Positions 51,949 to 64,000 of a DNA stretch of 64,000 nucleotides are shown piece by piece. Origin of the DNA: Paraspadella gotoi (Eukaryota > Animalia > Chaetognatha); assembly GCA_051294375.1 (NCBI GenBank), contig CM119270.1, positions 18,015,710 through 18,079,709 of the forward strand, written 5' to 3'. Made by a program: the position numbers and the translations under genes. Each line of letters opens with the position of its first letter. Within the stretch, counting starts at the first letter, position 1. Under the pieces are notes generated by a model, which saw nothing but the letters and a program-made list of their open reading frames with translations, ran no database searches and had not been told where the DNA came from.

Positions 51949-52705
51949 GGAAATTTTTCGCGAGATACCATGGCCTGTCGGACTCATCAAAACTGTTAGT
52001 CCGGGTCAACTACATCAATTAAATCAAACTACATCAACTCCACCAAATCTCGCCGCTCGACCCTTCGTCTCTCCCTTTTTATTTATGTCTTAACCGGATT
52101 TCACTTTCTCGGTTTTAAAATCAATTTTCTTCAATTATCACGACAAAGAGAGAAAGAGAGAAAGAGAGAGAGAGAGAGAGAGACGAGAGAGAGAGAGAGA
52201 GAGGAGAGAAGAGAGAGAAGAGAGAGAGAGAGAGAGAGAAGCAGGAGGAGAGAGATCGTTTCTTCTTGTCGGCGACTCTTAAATCTTTTCCTCTCATTTC
52301 TTAAATTCAACTACCGAGTTTATTTTTTCTTTTTCTTCCGTGTTCATTTTTTCTCTTAAATTTTACGAGTGAAGAACGAATGCACGTAAAGGAAGCCGAA
52401 CACGAACAACAACAACGACACTCATAACAACAACGACCGACGACAAAAAGAAACGAGTAATCTCCTTTTTTCGATAGAATTTTTGCTGAGACCAATAAGA
52501 ACGACCCCCCCCCCTCCGCATGAATCGATCCCGTCTTTTGCGAAATCGTCTTTAGCGAGATCTTCCTTCGTAAAAAACGGGATTTCATCTTACGATGAAT
52601 TCAAAAATTGATTCGAGGATGGAAAAGGTCGATGAGAAAAAGGAGGAGGAGGAGGAGGAGGAGGAGGAGGAGGAGGAGGAGGAGGAGGACGACGACGACG
52701 ACGAC

Positions 52706-52746
<41 letters not shown>

Positions 52747-52814
52747 ACGACGAGAGTCGAAGAGCGAGAACATATAACGAGCGTGACCCCGCGGAATCTT
52801 GCTCTTCCCCAGGG

Positions 52815-52856
<42 letters not shown>

Positions 52857-53190
52857 AGACGAGAAGAGAGAGAGAGAGAAGGAAGAGAGAGAGAGAGAGA
52901 GAGGCCCCAAATAAGAAGAGGAAGAGGAGGTCCATAACGGAAAGGTAAGTTCCACCCCACTTTTCCGATTTCATTTTTCTAACGAGACTTCGTTTCGAGG
53001 TCTCCATCGAAAATTAGAGAAACTTACTTTTTCTTTCCAAAGACAAACTTACCAAAAAAAAAGAGAAAAACTTCGAAACTGACCAAAGTTATTTTCCTTA
53101 TTTTTTCCAATTCGTGGGCCGAATTACATCATTTTTCTCTATTTGAGAAGAAATATATTTTAATATTATTAACATTATAATTTTTAAAAA

Positions 53191-55001
53191 ATGGCGACAA
53201 CTCAAACGAGTCTGACGCCGGTTTCGACGGCGCCGCTTTTGATCCTTTCTCCTTTCGTCTCCGTCATCCGAACGGCGTCATCATCGTCGTCGTCAGCGAC
53301 CGTCACGACGCCGCAAAGACGAAAGACGCCGATCGCCATCCAACCGAAGTCGACGCCTATGACGCCGGGTTCCCACGCGCGCGTCGCCATCACCTTCAAC
53401 GACGCCGACAGTTCCGCGCCCCCGCCTGCAAAGAAGCCACGCTTGACGCCGCTTTTCCGCGCCGAGACGCCCGATGCTTTCCCGGCGCCGCCCGTTTCTC
53501 TCCTCCCGACGGCGCCCATATCCGTCTCCACGGATGGCGCCGGTTATTTTTCGGGAACGCCGTGTTCCGAAGCGGCGTCGCCTCTTCAGACTCTCGTCTC
53601 ATTTCCGACGGACTTTTCCTCGATGAAGTCGGTTTTAACGACGCCAGTTTCTCCGGCGCCGGAAAATTCCAATTCGATCTTTGGAGGAGCCGTTTCTGAC
53701 CTGCTCTTGGCTTTGGCGCCGGATGAAACCTTCGGCTGCGATCCCCCGGCGTCGTCTCCGCAACGCCCGGCCCTTTTGACGCCGCCAGCGACGCCGGAGA
53801 AAGAGTTTCCCGCCGAAGACTCTCTCGGCGCCGCGTGGACGGCATCGGGGCCAAAAAACTGCGCCCACGGCGCCCAAGGAACCGGCGCTCCGACCTCCAT
53901 CGCTCCCGCCCTCACAGCCTCCAGCCTCCCTTCATCACTCGACCCTTCTCTTCCCAAGTCCGTCCTCAAGAGTCCGCGCAAGATCGACACGGAGCTGAGG
54001 TCGCGGAGGGAGATGGAGACGATTCGACGAGAGATTCGAGAGGAAGAGGAGAGGGCGAAGGCGGAAGCGGCGGCGGCGGCGGCCGCGGCAGCCGCGGCGG
54101 CGGGCGGCGCAAGAGGGAGAAAGAGGAAGAGGAGATCAAAGGCGAAGCTGAAGACTCCGACGTTGAAGAAGAAGATTCAGGTTATTGGCAAATCAATTCG
54201 AATCGAATCGATCGATCAATCGATCAATCCATCCCTATATCATTTAATCTGTCTTTTATCTATCAATATATTTAATTAAAACTAATCAAATGAGGAAATG
54301 TTATATCCATTATACGTCAATTACTAAAACTAGTAAATAAAATCAATTATTCTACGAACTTATCAGTTAATCTAACCCCCCCAAAAAAAGAACGTATTAA
54401 AAAAAACCCTCAAATTAATATAATGATCTCTCAGCCAATTTCGCAATCAATCTATCAACCAAATCAATAAATAGATCGTTCAATCAATCAAAATCAATTA
54501 CACCCTCCCCCCCCTTTTCACCAACAACAGCGCGTCCGCCGCATAAAAGCCAACGACCGCGAGCGCCATCGCATGCACTCGCTCAACGACGCCCTCGACG
54601 CCCTGCGCGTGGTCCTTCCGGCGGCGCCTGGCGAAGACCCCTCCCGCCTGACGAAGATAGAGGCGCTGCGGTCGGCGCGGAATTACATCTTCGCTCTGAC
54701 GGAGACGTTGAAGATGTACGACGTTGTTGAGGGGAAGGAGCCGAAGGAGAGTTACGTCGAGGGACTTCGGTGGGAGGAGGAAGAGGAAGAGGAGGAGAGG
54801 GAGAACAACAACAACAATCGTATGGTCGGGAATAATAATAATAACGACGACGACGACGACGAGGAGGAAGACGACGATCTCGGCGACGAAGATCTCGACG
54901 AACTGATTGAGGCCGGAGGCGATCGCCTTTTGGAATCGATCTCCCCCGACGGCGAATTCGTCGCTGAGGAGTTTGAGTTCGATATCGAAGGGATTTTGGG
55001 T

Positions 55002-55081
<80 letters not shown>

Positions 55082-55175
55082 GAAAGGGAAGTTTCGTTTG
55101 TTTTTGTTTTGGTTTTTTGGTTTTTTATTCTGTTTTATGACTGTTTTTTATCCTTTTTTTAAAAATCGAGGATAA
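53191..55175 (+). CDS. Neurog: Neurogenin (Ngn/tap) bHLH proneural factor; exons 53191-54180 and 54531-~55000 (ORF runs through a GA repeat to 55175)
   Basis: Phase-0 splice gives [10 protein letters not shown]|[61 protein letters not shown], with the neurogenin-specific KANDRER and NYI(W/F)AL signatures; aaaaATGG start; acidic C-terminus. True 3' end uncertain (GTGAG at ~55000). Confidence 0.88.
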
Positions 55176-55679
55176 AAATGACAAACAAGTTTGCGGCTGG
55201 GAATTTTCATCGTAAATTGAACTTTCACAATTTGTTTTTAAATCCGCGATTCACGATTTTATGAATGTATCGTTGCTAAATTTTTATAATTTAATATATT
55301 TTTTTTTATTTTAGCCATGTTGGGACATTTTCGTTTTTTGAATTTGCCCAAACGATTTTAAAAATGCATTTTCTCTGCCTTTTTTTTTAAACTGCACTCC
55401 TTACGATATTCCGTCCACGAATCGATCTCTTACGAGCGATCCGAGTAAATTTTAATTTAATAAATAATAAATTTTATACGTGTTTAATGTTTCCTATTTT
55501 TAAATTGATTTAATTATTTCGCATGTGTAACTTATTGATGCAACTGAGCGCACAGACTTTTTTCGATGTCGTCATAGAAAACGTCGCACAAGATTGAATC
55601 GGGTTGATGAGGTCAAGTGGTCGTTGGTAAGGATGCGTTGGTGAGGTCGATTCGGGTGAGTCAGAGATGGAGAGTCGCG

Positions 55680-55748
55680 CTTGCCTGACTTTTAACGAGT
55701 GCCGAACTTGCCTGACTTTTAACGAGTGCCGAACCTGCCCGACCTTTT
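55680..55748. repeat. 27-bp tandem repeat x~2.5
   Basis: cttgcctgacttttaacgagtgccgaa repeated. Confidence 0.85.
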
Positions 55749-56221
55749 TCATAACCCGTTCTATCGAAAACGCGCTAGTTCAAACCAAAGACTAAAAAAT
55801 ATATTTCCGAGTCGAGAATAAACGTGACTAAAAAAAACGTTTTAAATATTCGAGACTCATATGTTCAAAAACCAAAACTTTATGTATGTATTTATATGTA
55901 TTTATACTTAATGCGGATGCCTCAGAGAGTAACAAGAAAAAAATTTGGCATTCGTGCGCACTAATGATTCTTTTTTTTTACTTTTAATATATTTTTGTCC
56001 TCAAAAACTTTGTAACTTATCTCTCCTTCGTGCACTTTTTTACACAAGTATCATTGCTATTAATTGTACGACTTTCTGAAATAAAACGTTTTGTTTAAAA
56101 TATTATAGACTCGAATTAATCCTAGTCAATAGCACAAGGTTAGCAGCTTTAGTTAAATCCTCTACAAAAGAAGTTAACTCATTGATTAAAACTTTACGGA
56201 CCGAAAGAAATAAAAAAAAAT

Positions 56222-59703
<3,482 letters not shown>

Positions 59704-60285
59704 ATCTGATGGCGATAAAGATCATCACAATGTTACTATTTAAAGTTTTTTTTTCTATTTTAATCATTATAAAGTTGTCGAAATTAGTTTATTGCTCATC
59801 GTATACTTTCCAAATTAGGAGAAGAAAAATAAAAAAAAAGAAAATTAAAAGAAAAAAACAACAAAAAAGGAACGAAAAGAAAAAACTACAACAACAGCAA
59901 ACAAAAACGACGACAACGACGACGACTCTAAAGACAAATTGATCTTTTGTCTTTGACGTTTTTTTTTCTCGAAGGTAAAGTCAGACGTTGAGATGGGAAT
60001 GTGTCAAAAGACTCACCCGTCCGAATGACTTACCCAAAAAAAAATCGATGACGACGACGACGAAAAATGACGACGAACAAAAGAGCATCGCGTCGTTTAT
60101 TGAAAAAAAAAAGCGAAAAACAAATGCTCCACGTCGGATTGAAATTGATTTATTTTTATATAAAGTAAATAATTAACGATTAACTCTTTCTTTCTTTCTT
60201 TCTTTCTCTCTTTATCTCCCTCTCTTCCTTGAATTACGTATCATATATTATCGAGTCTTTTTCTTTAACTGTCAATGCGTCCGTT

Positions 60286-60408
60286 TGTCAGTCTCTCCCT
60301 TCCCTTTTCTGTCAATCTTTCCCTTCCCTTTTCTGTCAGTCTCTCCCTTCCCTTTTCTGTCAGTCTCTCCCTTCCCTTTTCTGTCAGACTGTCAGTCTCT
60401 CCCTTCCC
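60286..60408. repeat. 24-bp tandem repeat gtcagtctctcccttcccttttct x4-5
   Basis: Direct inspection. Confidence 0.9.
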
Positions 60409-60875
60409 TTTGTTTTCCTTCAAATTTTTCCCAGTTTACACCCAGAATTCTTCGTCTCTGCTGACTTGACTTTTTTTTTTCCACAATCTGGTCAACGAAA
60501 AAAAAACTTAGAAAAAAAAAGTACAAATAGAAAAATGAAAAAAGAAAAGAGAAAAAAAGATTAAAAAAAAGGAAAATTAAAGAGAAAAAAAAAGGAAAGA
60601 ATCTCTGACGATTCGCCGACTAAGAGAAGTCGAAATACGTCGAAGTTAAAGGAGACGAAAAATTACCCAAAAAATTACAATTGAGAGGATAATTTTAAAC
60701 AATGTTTCCGCATCTCCCACGTTGATAAAAAAAAAGTCATTTGAATCGAAACAATTGATTCAAACCACGAGGTCACTTGATATATTTTTTTTATTATTTT
60801 CTCTCAGCGGTTCACCTTGTACAATTTTTAAATTGGGCCGGTCAATTTAAAACAGACGTGGTTGTGTTATTGGCG

Positions 60876-60966
<91 letters not shown>

Positions 60967-61199
60967 TACAAAACTCAGAAATTAACTAATTTTAAAACCA
61001 TCTTTGTCAATTGTTTTAAGATGTTTCACTTCATCATTGGAAAACGAAAAATTATAAAACCACCGAAAACAATTAAGATTTTTGAGTAAAAAATCAAAAC
61101 GGAAGAAGCTTTTCAACTCCCTGGCACCCGCCTCTGCCTCTCCGTCAGAGGCAGCACCTTCCAACCTTTCGTCGACATCATCGCTTTCGTCCGTCGACG

Positions 61200-62773
61200 A
61201 TGCAGCCGCCGTCGCCACTGCGTCTGCTGCAACAACTTCTAATGCTACAGTTGCTGCGAATGCCGCCTCTAATATCGGCGGATCCTTGCGACGAGTCGAT
61301 CTGCCGGTTGCCGGATTGTTTCTGTTCCGGAACGAAGATTCCCGGCGGATTGGAGAGGAAGAAAACGCCGCAGGTTAAACTTGACCTTTCGATATTTTCT
61401 ATAAATATAAATAAATAAAAAAGTAACAAATGTTTCGAAATATTTTAAGATTCTTTATTAGTGAAATCGGTCGTCTTCTTTAGATCTTATTTATATTAAA
61501 ATATTTAGAATTTTTCGGTACTTTTTTAAACGTAGTATTAGTATCCTTAATAGTAAAACCCATAGACAGAGCGACCTACCAAAACACTAAAGAGACAGAA
61601 CACTTTTTAATTGTAAGAATATATGACCATTGTTAACGGTTCTTCGGTTCACTCGCCCCAACCGCCCACCTCCCTCTCCCCCCCCACCTCCCCCCCAAAA
61701 GATCATCCTCCTGACCTTCGACGACTCCGTCCACTCCAGCAACGTCGTCTACTACGACGAAATCTTCGCCGCAAAAAGACGAAATCCCGACGGATGCTCC
61801 ATCGCCGGGACTTTCTTCGTCTCGCACGAGGACACGGAGTACGATCAAGTCAGGAGACTCTGGAAGAAGGGACACGAGATCGCCGACCACACTGGTGATG
61901 GAGAGAGCGTGGAGGGAACCACATTGGTTGGTGGGGTGGAGGGGACACGACGTCTTCGACCGCGCTGTTGAGAGATAGAAGTTTCCACACTTCTGAGGGA
62001 AGGCGCCAATGTTGGACTCAAATTCTTGAAGAATCACTGAAACTGTCAACGTCTCCCTATTTGTGGCTTGTTTAATAAAAGATTGGTCTATACTCTAATT
62101 AATTTTAATTTTAATTTTATTAAACCATTTGGTCTATACTCTAATTAATTTTAATCACCACTAAGTCGGCGAAAATTCCTCGCCCACTGGTTATATAGAA
62201 GAGAAACTATCGAACAAACTGTTAATAGTTTCGTCATCTTTAACTCATCATCGATGTCATTTTGTTTTTTCAAAGTTTCTCACCGATTCCCGATCGACTG
62301 GTGGCGAAACGCGGACTACAGCGGATGGGAAGAGGAGATCGTGGGACAAAAGAACAACTTGGTAGAGAAGGCGGGAATTCCCAAGGAAGAAATCAAGGGT
62401 TTCAGAGCGCCTTTTCTGCAGGTGATCGAACGATCGATTCCATTAATAAAATTTGAACATCAAGTCACAAATTTGTACTATATCAAATTATATACTAAAT
62501 TATACTTTATAAATCTATTTACTCGTTTTGTAATTCATTAATAAATACAATTTACCAAATCAATACATAAATTCGATGAATCAACCAAATTAACAAATAA
62601 CCAGGTCGGTGCGGACAACGAATTTTCAGTTCTTCACGATTCCGGTTTTCTGTACGAATCGTCGCTGCCAACTCAACAACAGGATCCCCCGCTCTGGCCG
62701 TACACCCTCGAGTACGATACAGTCCAGGTAGAACTCCTTCTCACTCTTTCTGCTCTCTCTCTTCTCTTTCTCT

Positions 62774-62855
<82 letters not shown>

Positions 62856-63972
62856 TCCCAACCATCTTCCCCTCCTTTTTACAGGAATGCGTGATCGGCC
62901 CATGCCCTACCAACTCCTACGCCGGCCTATGGGAAGTCCCCATGGTGGACCTGACCGGCACGTGTTCGTGGCAATCCTTGCGCCATGCCCGACGACGAGC
63001 GGTGCGATTCGGGCGGATCGGGCGACGCCCTGCTGCAGATGCTGCTGGACAACTTCCTGCGCCACTACGACTCCAACAGGGCGCCCTTCCCCGTCTTCAT
63101 TCACTCTTACTTCTTCGACAATCACGATTACGCGCTGAGGGCGATCGTGAGGTTTTTGGATAAGGTGAATTGGGGGTTGGAGGGGTAGGGGGTTGGAGGG
63201 GTGGAGGGTTGGAGGGGTTGGGGGGGTAGAGAGAGGAAGGGGAGAGAGAGGGAGGGAAAGATAAGAAAAAGAGAAGGGTGAGGGAAAAGCAGGGTTAAAG
63301 AGAGAAAAGGGGATGGGAAAAGAGAAGAGAGGAAAAGGAAGAAAGGTTAAAGAAGAAAATTTATTGACTTACAAGGGTGGGACCATATTAAGTGAAAAGA
63401 AGAAGAAGATTAAAGGAAAATAATAGAAGATTATGGGAAAAGAATAAGAAGATTAAAGGAAAAGAATAAGAAGATTTAAGGGAAAAGATTAGAAAATTAA
63501 GGAAAAAGAATAAGAAGATTAAGGAAAAAGAATAAGAAGATTAAGGAAAAAGAATAAGAAGATTAAGGAAAAAGAATAAGAAGATTAAGAAAAAATGGGA
63601 AAGAATACGAAATAAAAAATAATGGAGAAAGTTTAATAAAAATAATGTGATTACCCTCTCTCTCTCTCCACCCCTTCTACCCCCCACCCCTTCTACTCCC
63701 CACCCCTTCTACCCCCCACAACTCCTCAACACTCCCTCTCTCTCGAGGTCCTGGCTCAAGGCGACGTCTACGTGACGACGATATCTCGGACGATCGATTG
63801 GATACGAAATCCTCGTCCGATCGGGGAGTGGAGATCGTGCGGAAGCGGGGGATGGAAGGGCGGGGATTGGGGGGAGGAAAGGGCGGGGATCGGGGAAAGG
63901 AGGAGGAGGAAGAGGCGACGGCCGATGTCGTTGAAGGAGGATTTCCGTCACAACAACGAAGCATTGCGGTGA
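61200..63972 (+). CDS. Chitin deacetylase-like (CE4), catalytic motifs intact, signal peptide, no CBM14/LDLa; exons 61200-61373, 61702-61894, 62276-62421, 62605-62727, 62885-63164 (one frameshift ~62960), 63748-63972
   Basis: [26 protein letters not shown]|[34 protein letters not shown]|[11 protein letters not shown]|VGADNEF..PLWPYTL|[30 protein letters not shown]..|[16 protein letters not shown]: motifs TFDD, HTxxH, RxPF and terminal His all present. Confidence 0.92.
63400..63592. repeat. ~22-bp tandem repeat aagaataagaagattaaggaaa
   Basis: Direct inspection. Confidence 0.85.
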
Positions 63973-64000
63973 GATTAATTTAATTACGGAATGATCACTA

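Noticed and set aside
52595-52945. Poly-E/D ORF with GTAAGT donor upstream of neurogenin
   Set aside because: Mostly GAG/GAC/GA repeats and no compatible coding acceptor before 53191; at most a 5' UTR exon.
60603-60640. ctgacga...cgaaa hammerhead-like core
   Set aside because: No pairing stem II or flanking stems.

Overview
AT-rich, microsatellite-dense, intron-containing DNA from an invertebrate animal draft assembly. It has N gaps, gap-flanking duplications and many homopolymer indels, so most ORF-track entries are artefacts and real genes must be rebuilt by splicing. Genes supported by manual reading: (1) a small secreted, neuropeptide-precursor-like gene (KR-NTWWT-KR; minus, ~346-1245); (2) a frameshift-hidden Jelly belly/HEN-1-like LDLa ligand gene (+, ~8107-9395, with an artefactual partial duplicate); (3) an Evi1/PRDM16/hamlet-like zinc-finger repressor with a PLDLS motif, only two distal fingers and a candidate eh1-bearing first exon (minus, 13947-24736); (4) noisy exon remnants resembling repeated eIF4G MA3/W2 modules (+, ~25.9-34.3 kb, low confidence); (5) a ZIFL/DHA1-like MFS transporter; (6) an XK-related membrane protein; (7) neurogenin; (8) a tandem pair of chitin-deacetylase-like (CE4) genes, one catalytically dead and one intact. 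Mobile DNA includes a ~3.2 kb non-autonomous element with CAC...GTG-type ends, ~0.9 kb TIRs and a 4-bp TSD (Chapaev-like), MITEs and Helentron/HINE-like fragments. Many inferred 3' splice sites are AAG/GAG rather than YAG. All family assignments come from recalled motifs, not database searches.
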